From Candidatus Cloacimonadales bacterium (GTDB taxonomy: Bacteria; Cloacimonadota; Cloacimonadia; Cloacimonadales; JAIOQZ01): a DNA stretch of 64,000 bases. Location: positions 1,216,001-1,280,000 of the forward strand of contig OY771587.1 in NCBI GenBank assembly GCA_963674825.1, in the 5' to 3' direction. Positions 27,499 to 37,397 of the stretch are shown piece after piece; within the stretch, counting starts at the first letter, position 1; every line of letters starts with the position of its first letter. The notes beneath the pieces are model-generated. The model did no database searches. It had not been told where the DNA came from and saw nothing but the letters and a program-made list of their open reading frames with translations. The position numbers and the translations under genes were made by a program.

Positions 27499-29571
27499 AT
27501 GAGAGAGGGTTTCAGGGTAATCATCGTTCTTCTATTGTTGTCCGGGCTTTGCTACGCCCAGGAATATCGCGTCAACACCAATCACAAAATCAAGCGCCCG
27601 GCTACGCAGCGGCAAGTGCCGGAATGGAATTTTGAGGTCGAACCAACCGAGCTCGTCGAAATCCACAACGAAGCCGCGTTTCATCCGAATGCCATTTCAG
27701 TTCAACAACAAAATGAAGACTCCTATAGTGGTGTCTTTACGCTTTACAAGGCAAAGCTATCGGAACAAGCGCTCTCTCGTGAATTACTCTCGTATATCAA
27801 TTGTGATGGGACGCTCAATAGTACGAACTATGTGTCGCAGTACAACAACAGCGAAGGAACAGGGTCAATAGCCATCGACCCGGAAACATACGATCCGATC
27901 TACGCCTGGGAGTGCTACACCGGCAACAATCCCTATCCAGATATCATGCTGGGTATGGATGCCTGGCATCTTCTGGGATCTCCGGGATTACTATCGACAC
28001 CGATCATGATCTTCAACAACAACGATGCGGACGAATTCCCTGAGTATGAGCCACAGGAAAATCGCTATCTACAGAAACCGATCATTCTGATCAGCCATGC
28101 GCCAAGCTATAATGAAGATGGGAAACGCAGAGTTTTCGTCATTGCCAGTCAGCCCAACAACAATCGCTACGATTCCGATCCCTTGTCACAGCTCGTGATC
28201 GCATGGACCGATTTCACGACGACCGATATTGAATGGGGGAATTTTCCATCGCTCGATTGGAGTTTTGCCACGAACATCAACCTTGTCGAGCCCTGCACAC
28301 CTTGCGATGTAAAGACTCATTTCTCTGCGGCATGCGACGAATCAGGTAATATCGCCATTGTTGGCTGGAAAGAAGGACCGTGGGATCAATTGCCACAGGA
28401 TGAACCGGAGTTCTTCGTCTTATACAACGATAATTACGGCGAAGGCGATTGGGAGCTGCATGAAACCAACCTCGAACTGGAGGTAGACTCACCCTCGAAT
28501 CAAAACGGCGTTCCATGGTTACAGGGAACGGAAGAGCTTGCTTTTGCACCAGTCTATGCAGGCAATTTCACCGCACAATGGGATGACGAGGGTCGCCTCC
28601 ATGTCCAGATGCCTTTCACGCTCAGGGGGCTTCAGTTCCGCGTGCCAACCGTCTGGCCGCTCCTATCGCAAGTGAGAGACGTTTTCTTTGACATAGTTGA
28701 TAATGAGTTCTACAGTACCGAAATTTATCCTCAAAGCACAAGTAGCGAACTCAATGTTCCCTTCCTTCCGTGGGACATAAACAAAGATGAACAAGTTGAT
28801 GAGTTTGATCCCCAAACGGGCCAAGTCGTACCGGTCTGCACACTTCCATTCCAGCACTGGGATATGCAGTTCGCACATTACCTTAACGGCATCAAATCGG
28901 CAGTTAATCTCGATTTTGATTTCATGGCCTGTACCTGGATGGATGCGCTTGATTCTTACATCGCGCACCTTGAAGGAGAAGCCAAGCCGCCCAATATCAT
29001 GGTTAGCATATCCAATTCATCGGGTCTCCCCTGGGCAGACCCAATCATCATGAGTCCTGACCCGGATAATGAGGATGGTAACTTCGTCGATGATCTCGAA
29101 GGACAGATTCCCAATACGCCCAATTTGCAATCTCCCATTGCCTATCTTGGAGACTATTATGGACGTGTCGGGATTTCCTATATAGACGAGTATTCTCACG
29201 GTCCTTATGGAGAAATTGGCGGTACCCTGCGCTATATGTGGCTTTCTGTCGAGTACAACGTCTGGGTGCTTGATAACGCTGATGAAAACGCACAGCCGGT
29301 AATCTCACGCGGAAATCATCCCAATCCCTTCAATCCATCCACAACCATCAGCTTCGATCTTCCCACAGAACAACCGGTAACGCTCGAAGTGTACAACATT
29401 CGCGGCCAGAAGGTCAAAACGCTGGTAAATAGTATGGGAAAAAAGGGAATTAACTGCGTCGTGTGGAATGGCGACGATATGGCTGGCAAAGCCGTATCCA
29501 GCGGGATCTATTTCTATCGGTTGCAGACGGAGAATCAGTCCATCACGCAGAAGATGCTGATGGTGAAGTAA
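27499..29571 (+). CDS. Secreted protein with FlgD-Ig/T9SS-like C-terminal domain
   Basis: Signal peptide; acidic; DINKDEQVD Ca-loop-like motif; NHPNPFNPSTT...SSGIYFYRL...KMLMVK; RBS GGGAGG. Confidence 0.8.
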   Translation: MREGFRVIIVLLLLSGLCYAQEYRVNTNHKIKRPATQRQVPEWNFEVEPTELVEIHNEAAFHPNAISVQQQNEDSYSGVFTLYKAKLSEQALSRELLSYINCDGTLNSTNYVSQYNNSEGTGSIAIDPETYDPIYAWECYTGNNPYPDIMLGMDAWHLLGSPGLLSTPIMIFNNNDADEFPEYEPQENRYLQKPIILISHAPSYNEDGKRRVFVIASQPNNNRYDSDPLSQLVIAWTDFTTTDIEWGNFPSLDWSFATNINLVEPCTPCDVKTHFSAACDESGNIAIVGWKEGPWDQLPQDEPEFFVLYNDNYGEGDWELHETNLELEVDSPSNQNGVPWLQGTEELAFAPVYAGNFTAQWDDEGRLHVQMPFTLRGLQFRVPTVWPLLSQVRDVFFDIVDNEFYSTEIYPQSTSSELNVPFLPWDINKDEQVDEFDPQTGQVVPVCTLPFQHWDMQFAHYLNGIKSAVNLDFDFMACTWMDALDSYIAHLEGEAKPPNIMVSISNSSGLPWADPIIMSPDPDNEDGNFVDDLEGQIPNTPNLQSPIAYLGDYYGRVGISYIDEYSHGPYGEIGGTLRYMWLSVEYNVWVLDNADENAQPVISRGNHPNPFNPSTTISFDLPTEQPVTLEVYNIRGQKVKTLVNSMGKKGINCVVWNGDDMAGKAVSSGIYFYRLQTENQSITQKMLMVK

Positions 29572-29613
29572 GTTCGGCTTTTGCGCAGCAAAAACGATTA
29601 AGAGATTGGAGCT

Positions 29614-29643
29614 GTAGGGGCAATCCACAGGATTGCCCCTTAC
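29614..29643. repeat. GTAG-type REP-like palindrome between convergent genes (may also act as terminator)
   Basis: GTAGGGGCAATCC-aca-GGATTGCCCCTTAC; shares CTGTAGGGGCA with 11903-11913. Confidence 0.6.
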
Positions 29644-29654
29644 CATTCCCTAGC

Positions 29655-32600
29655 TTATTTTATCATAAGCATTTTTCGTGTATCGGAGATGGTTGAAGTC
29701 TTCATCCTGTAGAAATAGAGCCCCGACGAGACCGATTTTCCGCAATCGTTGCGACCATCCCATCCAACCGCGTATGTACCGGCAATCTGCGATTCATTCA
29801 CCAGCGTACGCACAAGCTGGCCTCGTTGATTATAGATCGAGAGGTTAACCGGGCTATCTTCCGCAAGCTGATAGCTAATGGTCGTGGATGGATTGAACGG
29901 ATTGGGGAAGTTAACGCCTAGAAGCGTCTCCATGGGCAGCTCAGGAGTATCACCTCCGCCTTCACCTCCACCCGGTTTGATCGTCAGTGAAACCGGTCCG
30001 AAAAGCTGAGAAGTACCATTCATCTCATAGCCCTCGAGCCAGTAATAATAGGTCTCATCCATTGCCACGTCTTCATCGACGAAGCTGTATCGCTGTTCGA
30101 CGGATGTATTGTGCGCCGGGATAATCTCAGATGTGACAAGAATCGCCGTATCACCGCTTTCATCCGTATCCCGCAATACATGATAGCCAATCATATCGGA
30201 TTCCGTCTGTGTTTCCCAGGCAATCAGCGCAAAGCACTCACCGGTAAGCGCAGCAGAGAATGAACTGAGCGTAATCGCGAGTGTTGATTCATCGTAAACC
30301 GCGATCGCGAAATCGGAGAAAGCGCTGAGTCCATGAACAGTGAGAAGATTCCCCGCGATAGACAGGGTTGCACCCAATTCGTTGACATCAACCCACTCGG
30401 AACCGCTGTTGGGCCGCTTGAGGACGTGCAACATCTCGTAGTCTTCCACCACCAGATCGGAGATATCGAACGTGATATCGTAAGTTCCCACTGTCGAGCT
30501 GTTCGGCGAGATCGTCCACCACACGGCATAGAGGCTATCGATATCTGCAGGAAGTTCACCCGTAACGCCGGGCTGGCTGAACAGTTGCGTGGCCTGTAGT
30601 CGTGTTACGCTTTGGTTGCCGTCAAACTGGATCACCAAATCGATATTGGGAATTTGAATAGGGCTGGTGGTACCGGAAGCAATATAGGTGGTTTCGTTTA
30701 ATTCATCGCTACCACTGTACCACGTGAGGAAAGGATAACCGTTGTTTGTCTCGTTATCCACACCCCATGTATTACCGGACCCATTAGCGTTTTCACCCAG
30801 CAGATCCCAACCGGCATCGATGAAAATTGGAGCGTCGCTCATCTGGTCGGTTGTGAGCCCGGTTCCGACAGCGCTGTTCGACTTGTTGGACGTGTGCACA
30901 TCCCAGAAGCAGCCACTAGCCAAAGCGCTCGATGCCGCTGCCGCGAAACCACCCGTGGTTCCACTTCCATCAACTCGACCCTTGCAATAGCAATTAGTCA
31001 CGCTTGCACTTCCGAGGTAACCGAGGAAGCCGCCGTAGTTCGTACCACCGCCGTCGATATAGCAAATGCTGTAGCAGTCCTGGATCGTGCATGTATAAGG
31101 TGAAGACGGGCTAGAGCTTCCAATCAAACCACCGACCGAATTGCTTCCTTCGATATCTCCGGAGCTGAAACAGCGCTTCACGGCTCCACCCTGTTGATAT
31201 CCGACGATGCCGCCGACCCGGGTGCCTCCTTCGACAAAGACTGTCGAGACACACTCGCTGATGGTAGAATTACCCCAGAGTTGCCCAACCAATCCGCTAA
31301 CATTGGTCGTGCCGTCAACATCACCCGACACGGAGCATCCGTTTACCGTTGAATGGCTCAGTGTTCCGACGAATCCACCAACGCTCGTCGCGCCTTTGAC
31401 ATCAATGTTTTCAAGGGTCAGATCGCTGATCTGCGCGGTGTATGCGTAACCGAAAAACCCGGTGCAGTCAGCCGTGCTATGGTTATTATAATAACCGCTT
31501 ATCGTGTGACCATCACCATCGAACGAGCCGGTAAACCGATTATTGAAAGTGCCAATGGAGGTAGCCCCACCGGTAACTGCGGTCAGCGAGCTGGCATCGA
31601 TATCGGAAATCAGCAGGAAGTCCGCGCTCCATACACTGGAATTGTTGATCAACCAGAGAAGGTTGGCCAGGTTGATGATTTGATATGGCGATTCAGGCGT
31701 ACCGCTTCCAGAAGCCTTGAGAGCTGGATAATTGAATCCACCATACCATGCGAGGCTGGGGTATTCGTCCGATATGCTGTCGAACCGCCATACGCCGGCA
31801 CTTGGTTCGCCGATAACAGTCAGATTGAAATTCCAGCCGGCGTTGACGAAATTCGCCAGATTATGTGTCATCTCATCTGTTGTAAGTCCCGTTCCGCCAC
31901 CGTAGGTTGTCGTTACCCCGACCGTCTGGGAGTCCCAGAAACAACCGCTCATGGATACACTGCCTTCACCCGTTGCGATGAGAGCGCCTTTGGTCCCACC
32001 TGTGACCGCTCCAGCATTGAAGCTCCGATTAAATATATTGGGATTATATACATTTCCGCTATAAGCACATAACCCGCCTGCGATTCCCGATCCATTGGTT
32101 GCCGTAACCGAGCCAAGATTGCAGCAGTCCTCGATGCGACTCTGATTCTCCATGTATCCAGCGATTCCGCCGACCCTGGTCGGTCCGGTTATCGAGCCTG
32201 TGTTTACGCACTTCTGGATGCGGCAATAGTAAGCTGCCGATGAAACAATACCTGCAACCTGATCAACATTCGAAACGATCGTTCCTGAGTTGCTGCATCG
32301 AACAATGTAGCAGCCATCATTGACAGCCGAGACAATTCCTCCCACACCATCGCGATAGGAATAGCCTTCGACTTCCACAGTAATATCGACCCCACTCGTG
32401 CAATCGTAGAAATTGGTGTTCGGGCTATAACCGGCAATCCCGCCATTCATTCCTTCATCGCACCAGATTGCGCCGGATACTTGACAATTTGTGAGATTCG
32501 AGAAGTCATACAATGTGTCACCCCATTGAGAATAACCACATACTCCACCGACACAGGATTTACCGCTGTAAAAGATATCGGTGAGATTGACGTTTTGGAT

Positions 32601-32963
32601 CTCCCCGCCGGAAACATGACCGAAAAGGCCCACATACCAGAATCGGCGAATCGTCAATCCCTCGATAGTATAATTCTGCCCGTCGTAGTGACCCTTGAAG
32701 GAGTGAGCCTCACTACCAATCGGCGTAAAACCTTCATACACCCATTGCGAAGCGTTCCAGGCCCACCATTCTGTAATATTCGCATCAATGTCGGCAGTCT
32801 GCTTGAAGTAACATGTGTAATACTCATACGCCGTTGACATCCATGCCAGGTCATCAAGAGTCGCAATCAGAAACGGATCTTCTTCGCTCCCGCTTCCAGA
32901 GGGGATCGACCAGACGGCTGTCGAAGTGAGAAATAATATCAGCAAGATTGACCATGTTCTCAT
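29655..32963 (-). CDS. GLUG-motif repeat secreted protein with FlgD-Ig/T9SS-like C-terminal domain
   Basis: Two GSG(S/T)..PF/YxI modules, many VGG(I/L/F)xG repeats, CFWD; LAITLSSFSA; NFPNPFNPSTT...KMLMIK. Confidence 0.85.
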   Translation of the reverse strand: MRTWSILLILFLTSTAVWSIPSGSGSEEDPFLIATLDDLAWMSTAYEYYTCYFKQTADIDANITEWWAWNASQWVYEGFTPIGSEAHSFKGHYDGQNYTIEGLTIRRFWYVGLFGHVSGGEIQNVNLTDIFYSGKSCVGGVCGYSQWGDTLYDFSNLTNCQVSGAIWCDEGMNGGIAGYSPNTNFYDCTSGVDITVEVEGYSYRDGVGGIVSAVNDGCYIVRCSNSGTIVSNVDQVAGIVSSAAYYCRIQKCVNTGSITGPTRVGGIAGYMENQSRIEDCCNLGSVTATNGSGIAGGLCAYSGNVYNPNIFNRSFNAGAVTGGTKGALIATGEGSVSMSGCFWDSQTVGVTTTYGGGTGLTTDEMTHNLANFVNAGWNFNLTVIGEPSAGVWRFDSISDEYPSLAWYGGFNYPALKASGSGTPESPYQIINLANLLWLINNSSVWSADFLLISDIDASSLTAVTGGATSIGTFNNRFTGSFDGDGHTISGYYNNHSTADCTGFFGYAYTAQISDLTLENIDVKGATSVGGFVGTLSHSTVNGCSVSGDVDGTTNVSGLVGQLWGNSTISECVSTVFVEGGTRVGGIVGYQQGGAVKRCFSSGDIEGSNSVGGLIGSSSPSSPYTCTIQDCYSICYIDGGGTNYGGFLGYLGSASVTNCYCKGRVDGSGTTGGFAAAASSALASGCFWDVHTSNKSNSAVGTGLTTDQMSDAPIFIDAGWDLLGENANGSGNTWGVDNETNNGYPFLTWYSGSDELNETTYIASGTTSPIQIPNIDLVIQFDGNQSVTRLQATQLFSQPGVTGELPADIDSLYAVWWTISPNSSTVGTYDITFDISDLVVEDYEMLHVLKRPNSGSEWVDVNELGATLSIAGNLLTVHGLSAFSDFAIAVYDESTLAITLSSFSAALTGECFALIAWETQTESDMIGYHVLRDTDESGDTAILVTSEIIPAHNTSVEQRYSFVDEDVAMDETYYYWLEGYEMNGTSQLFGPVSLTIKPGGGEGGGDTPELPMETLLGVNFPNPFNPSTTISYQLAEDSPVNLSIYNQRGQLVRTLVNESQIAGTYAVGWDGRNDCGKSVSSGLYFYRMKTSTISDTRKMLMIK

Positions 32964-32964
32964 T

Positions 32965-33300
32965 TCAGTCTCCTTGTTGTATAGAATTCAAAATCCTCTC
33001 AGCAATATTTTTCTTTGAGTAGTCTTCCTCTTCATCGCAAAATGACGATTTCGTCACAGGATCACAGAAATAGAGAAATTTCGTGTCGAATTCGTCCTCA
33101 AGATGCACCAGAAGAGCTTTGTCGAATCCGGTGACATTGATCACAGCCACCGCGATACGGACGCTCCGCAAGATACGGAACACATCTTCTTCACATACAG
33201 CGAGATAGACGCTCGTTTCCTGATGTTCGAACAGCGCGTCGAGGTTATCCCCAAGCATCTCGATACAGTTATACAGCAAAATATGTTGTTGTTTCTTCAT
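32965..33300 (-). CDS. Hypothetical protein, possibly a degenerate receiver-like fold
   Basis: Ends 2 nt before the GLUG gene; HILLY..AVCEEDVFRIL..IAVAVIN pattern loosely REC-like; start uncertain. Confidence 0.45.
   Translation of the reverse strand: MKKQQHILLYNCIEMLGDNLDALFEHQETSVYLAVCEEDVFRILRSVRIAVAVINVTGFDKALLVHLEDEFDTKFLYFCDPVTKSSFCDEEEDYSKKNIAERILNSIQQGD
33039..33057. promoter_or_regulatory. Palindromic site, copy 1 (AAAATGACGATTTCGTCAC)
   Basis: Exact 19-bp match to 33408-33426; core TGACGA-tt-TCGTCA. Confidence 0.5.
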
Positions 33301-33407
33301 ATCCAACATATAGCATTCGCAGGGCCAATCGGATAATCGATTACATACGTGCAAGTTAGGATAACATCAAATGTAAAGGAAGACAGATCGAGGATGTTTT
33401 GGATATT

Positions 33408-33426
33408 AAAATGACGATTTCGTCAC
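33408..33426. promoter_or_regulatory. Palindromic site, copy 2 (AAAATGACGATTTCGTCAC)
   Basis: Exact 19-bp match to 33039-33057; intergenic. Confidence 0.55.
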
Positions 33427-33444
33427 GCGGATGCACTGGAAATT

Positions 33445-33472
33445 AAAAAAAGGCTCTCCGAATGGAGAGCCT
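33445..33472 (-). terminator. Terminator after the TPR gene
   Basis: AAAAAAAGGCTCTCC-gaat-GGAGAGCCT. Confidence 0.8.
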
Positions 33473-33495
33473 CGTAAGATCTATCGATCCAGAAG

Positions 33496-35136
33496 TCAGT
33501 TCTTCTGGGTCGTGCTGTCGATCAGCGGTTTGATCGATGCTTTTTTGCTCTTGATGTCGTTGAGAACGGAGGTTTTGTCCGTGTTTCTCTCGGCATCGTT
33601 CAGATAATCCATCGCCTGACGGAAGAGATCGTTGGTCGCCTTCTTGACCTCGTTCTTCTCCGCAATCTTCTCATCCATGGCATCACCGAAGAGCTTTCCG
33701 GCCCGTTCCTGTTCGCTGATGTAATTTTCTTTCTCTACCAACAAGCTATATTTGTTATATGCGCGCTTCTGAGCAACCTGGAACAGAATCATGTATGCTT
33801 CGTACTGGTTAGGATTGAGTTCGATCGATTTGTTGGCTGCCTTCTCGGTATCGGTAAGGTTTTCGAGCGCCATATAGACGTCGGCCTTGCGAAGGTACAC
33901 CAGGTAGTTTTCGGCATCGATTTTCTGCAGATTGTTCAGAACTTCGAGAGCTTGGGTGTTATAGTCTTTCATCTTGGCTTTTTCGCCATTGTCTTGCGCG
34001 TTGACCGCGGCTTCGCGGAATGCGCCTGCGAGGTTGAGATAAGCCTTCTTGTTCTCGGGTTCATCCCGAATAACCTGCTGGTACTGGGCGATAGCATCGT
34101 CGAGACGACCAGTCTTGTTATAGGTAATCGCAAGCTTCCGTGCGACTTCTTCGTCTTCCGGGAAAGCGTTGGCAACTGCTTGCAGATGAGGAAGAGCGTC
34201 TTCGTATTCTTCCTGATCGAAGAGGATCATTGCCAGTCGGTAGTGCGCCTTGTTGTTCTCGTCGTTACGTTCCAGCGATTTTTCCAGCGCGTCGATCGCT
34301 TCATCGAAGTATTCCATATCGGCATAGCGGTTACCGATACGCAGCCAGGTGGAATCATCGTCTTTCATTTGAGACAAGACCATCAAGACATCGACAGAAT
34401 CTTCCAAACGACCGGTCATCTTGTAGATTGTATCCAGGAAGTCGTAAAAACGAATGTCTTCCGGGAATTTGTTCTTTCCGGTCATCGCATATTCTTCGGC
34501 CTTATCCATGTTCTTGTTTTCGAAGTTCATAAGTGCAAGATAGAAGTACGCGTCCGCGCGATCGGGATCTACTTCGATATATTTGAGGAATCCCTGTTCC
34601 GCCGCATCGTAGTTCTTGGAAACATACTGCTGGTAAGGGATATCCCACAGCTTGTTGAGCGCTTCGCCGGCCATGTTCTGAATCACGGGGAAAAGCTCTT
34701 TCTTCAGCATTTCCTGACGGTCTTTCTTGTTGGTCGTTGCCTTAAGTGTCAGGAATTGCATATCTTGAGTCTTCATAGAGAGAAGCTTGATCTGCACGGA
34801 ATATTCGGTGCGGTCAATATTGGAAACAGAACCCCAGAACACTACGTCGGCACCGAGTTTTTCACCCAGAGCAATCACTTCGCTGCGTCCAAGAACGGCG
34901 AGATCGTTATAACCTTCGCTCTTGGTAAGTTTGGTCGATTCCTTGATGCTGATCAGTTCCATACCTTCTTCGGAATCAAAAATATCTTCCAGATCGCCAC
35001 CAGTAAGGTACTTGACCATGCTCTTGCTTTTCGAATCGATATAATCGAAGCCCAACACACCTACTTTGATGTTCTGCGCGTACATCGACGCTACCATGAG
35101 CGCCAGTGTCAGCACAATTATCATTCGTTTGAACAT
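33496..35136 (-). CDS. Periplasmic TPR protein with N-terminal CsgG/TolB-N-like domain
   Basis: Signal peptide; KVGVLGF..LGEKLGADVVFWGSVS; many TPRs; ATG 35136 with GGAGGA. Confidence 0.8.
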   Translation of the reverse strand: MFKRMIIVLTLALMVASMYAQNIKVGVLGFDYIDSKSKSMVKYLTGGDLEDIFDSEEGMELISIKESTKLTKSEGYNDLAVLGRSEVIALGEKLGADVVFWGSVSNIDRTEYSVQIKLLSMKTQDMQFLTLKATTNKKDRQEMLKKELFPVIQNMAGEALNKLWDIPYQQYVSKNYDAAEQGFLKYIEVDPDRADAYFYLALMNFENKNMDKAEEYAMTGKNKFPEDIRFYDFLDTIYKMTGRLEDSVDVLMVLSQMKDDDSTWLRIGNRYADMEYFDEAIDALEKSLERNDENNKAHYRLAMILFDQEEYEDALPHLQAVANAFPEDEEVARKLAITYNKTGRLDDAIAQYQQVIRDEPENKKAYLNLAGAFREAAVNAQDNGEKAKMKDYNTQALEVLNNLQKIDAENYLVYLRKADVYMALENLTDTEKAANKSIELNPNQYEAYMILFQVAQKRAYNKYSLLVEKENYISEQERAGKLFGDAMDEKIAEKNEVKKATNDLFRQAMDYLNDAERNTDKTSVLNDIKSKKASIKPLIDSTTQKN

Positions 35137-35204
35137 ATCATCCTCCATCAATATAATCTATTGTCCGTAATTTTATTTAACTCCGTGATTAGGCAAGCAT
35201 TTTC

Positions 35205-36179
35205 TCAACGGATTGCCGGATCATCCGTTGCACCAGTATCTTCCTGCAGTTGTGGATCGGTATTCTCTGCAGGCGAAAGACGTTCCCATTCTCTATGAAT
35301 CTTGCGATTCACAAATTTTTTCCGGATCCATGCAATAATCGCGAGAAACGGCATCAGTGTCCAGATGATTATCGAAACACCCACCAGCATTTCCAGGCGT
35401 ACCTTGCTGCGCAGGTATTCGTCGAAACGCGCACCGATACGTTCTTTGGATGCTTGAAACCCAACAAGCATGGATCGATCGAAGTCCCGCACCGGTAGCG
35501 CACTGTCCCAAAACCGGAAGAACTGGCGGGGATTGGTCTTTAACATGTAGTCGATCGCATAGGCCGATTTCATGTAAAAAGCCTCCCACTCGACAGGGTT
35601 CTTCGGGTAGTGATCGGTCATGTCGTTCAGGCTTGGCATGTCACCAAATACATAAAGCTGAATGAATGAAAGAAAGCGTTCGTAGGGAAGCCCTTCCGTA
35701 AAATAGACCGCCATCCCCTCGTGAAACCACAGCGGCGCGTTCCTGAAATAGCGAAACACAAACGCGTGGATGTATTCGTGCATCAGGATGGTAATCGTCT
35801 TATCAAGGCTGTGCAAATCGGCAGGGTTGCGCACGTAGGCTGTTTGATCTTTCCGGGAATAGAAGGCATCGCTGAATTCAATAATCCCCCCGGCGTTACC
35901 GGTGAATCGTTGATATTCCTTGTCGTTGGCAGCGATGTGGATTGTATAGCGAAACTCGGGGAATAACCCCATTTTGATCTGGAATTGGTCGATGCGGTCA
36001 GTGAGCAATTCTGCCAGATACATCCCGGCTTTCATGTCCTTCTCCGCCGCGATCAGCGTGATCTGATCAAATTGACGGATGTCGGTCTGAGGCCAGACCG
36101 ACACCGCAATCAAAAATATAAGAATCGCGAGAATACTATTCTTTCTGCGCAGAATCGAGATTCCTTCGCAGAACGGCAT
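35205..36179 (-). CDS. Peptidase MA-like zinc metallopeptidase with C-terminal TM
   Basis: LMHEYIHA..PLWFHEGMAVY gluzincin motif; start uncertain. Confidence 0.8.
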   Translation of the reverse strand: MPFCEGISILRRKNSILAILIFLIAVSVWPQTDIRQFDQITLIAAEKDMKAGMYLAELLTDRIDQFQIKMGLFPEFRYTIHIAANDKEYQRFTGNAGGIIEFSDAFYSRKDQTAYVRNPADLHSLDKTITILMHEYIHAFVFRYFRNAPLWFHEGMAVYFTEGLPYERFLSFIQLYVFGDMPSLNDMTDHYPKNPVEWEAFYMKSAYAIDYMLKTNPRQFFRFWDSALPVRDFDRSMLVGFQASKERIGARFDEYLRSKVRLEMLVGVSIIIWTLMPFLAIIAWIRKKFVNRKIHREWERLSPAENTDPQLQEDTGATDDPAIR

Positions 36180-36516
36180 CCAACTGCTCAATGTCAAACG
36201 GCTTAAAAACGATATCTTCTACTCCTTCACGGCGGCATTTCACCACGACGTGATTCGGATCGTAACCAAAGCCGGTCATCATCACGACCGGTAGATTTTC
36301 GTCATACTCCCGGATACGGGTGAATAGCTGATGCCCGTCCATATCCGGCATGGCGATATCCGTAAGCACGATATCGACTTCGTTCTGCATCACGTGGCTG
36401 AGCGCTTCGTATCCCGAGTTTTCCGCTATCACCTCGTAGCCGAGTTCCTTCAGCTCGAGTTCCAGAAAATCGGTTACACCTTTCTCATCATCGACAACCA
36501 GTATCTTTATTGCCAT
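36136..36516 (-). CDS. Single-domain response regulator
   Basis: KILVVDDE, LTDIAMPDMDG, MMTG, VFKPF. Confidence 0.92.
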   Translation of the reverse strand: MAIKILVVDDEKGVTDFLELELKELGYEVIAENSGYEALSHVMQNEVDIVLTDIAMPDMDGHQLFTRIREYDENLPVVMMTGFGYDPNHVVVKCRREGVEDIVFKPFDIEQLDAVLRRNLDSAQKE

Positions 36517-37397
36517 GGCAGTTCTGTCATTCCGGTTATGCGTTTGAACGCTTCGATGTATTTTTCGGACGTACGCTGGATGATATCCTCGGGAAGGTTC
36601 GGCGCTGGAGGGTTCTTATCCCAGCCGGTGCTCTCGAGGTAATCGCGTACGAATTGCTTATCATAGCTGAACTGGCTTCTGCCCACTTCATAGTCATCCA
36701 TATTCCAGAAACGCGATGAATCGGGCGTAAAGATCTCGTCAATCAGGAAAACCTGTCCCGCGCGTGTACCAAACTCGAACTTGGTGTCCGCAAAAATGAT
36801 GCCGCGCTCCTTCATGAAGTCATGCGCGAATTTGTACAGCTTCAGGCTGACATCTTGCAGTTTATCCGCAAGCCATTCGTCCATGCGCGATTTCATCTCT
36901 TCGAAAGAGATATTCATGTCGTGGCCTTCTTCCGCTTTGGTAGAAGGTGTGAAAAGCGGTTGGGGAAATTCCTGACTGTTCTTCATTCCTGCGGGAAGCG
37001 CAGCACCGCGGAAGGAACCTTTCTGACTGTATTCTTTCCAGGCCGAGCCGGCAAGATAACCGCGCACGATGCATTCGTAAGGAACCACGCGCGTCTTTTT
37101 CACCAGCATACTGCGATACTCGAGCTCTTCCTTGTAGGGATGGAATTCCTTCGGATAATCTTCCACACGGTGCGCCAGAAGATGATTGCCAATGATATCG
37201 CGCGTCTTCTCGAAGAAGAAAATCGAAATTTGGGTCAGCACCTTTCCCTTGTCCGGGATCGGCTGCGACAGAACCACATCGAAAGCAGAGAGTCGATCCG
37301 AGGTAACGATCAACAATTCCTCACCAAGGTCGTAAATATCTCGGACCTTTCCGCTACGGTGATCCTTCACTATAGACAAATCACAAAGCTTTGTCAC
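36507..37397 (-). CDS. purC: SAICAR synthase
   Basis: SGKVRDIY, SDRLSAFDV, ECIVRGYLAGS, FTPSTKA, ADTKFEFG, DEIFTPDSSRFW, DKQFVRDYL. Confidence 0.97.
   Translation of the reverse strand: MTKLCDLSIVKDHRSGKVRDIYDLGEELLIVTSDRLSAFDVVLSQPIPDKGKVLTQISIFFFEKTRDIIGNHLLAHRVEDYPKEFHPYKEELEYRSMLVKKTRVVPYECIVRGYLAGSAWKEYSQKGSFRGAALPAGMKNSQEFPQPLFTPSTKAEEGHDMNISFEEMKSRMDEWLADKLQDVSLKLYKFAHDFMKERGIIFADTKFEFGTRAGQVFLIDEIFTPDSSRFWNMDDYEVGRSQFSYDKQFVRDYLESTGWDKNPPAPNLPEDIIQRTSEKYIEAFKRITGMTELPWQ

Noticed and set aside
33952..35298. 448-aa plus-strand ORF
   Set aside because: Antisense shadow of the well-supported TPR gene; no recognisable motifs or RBS
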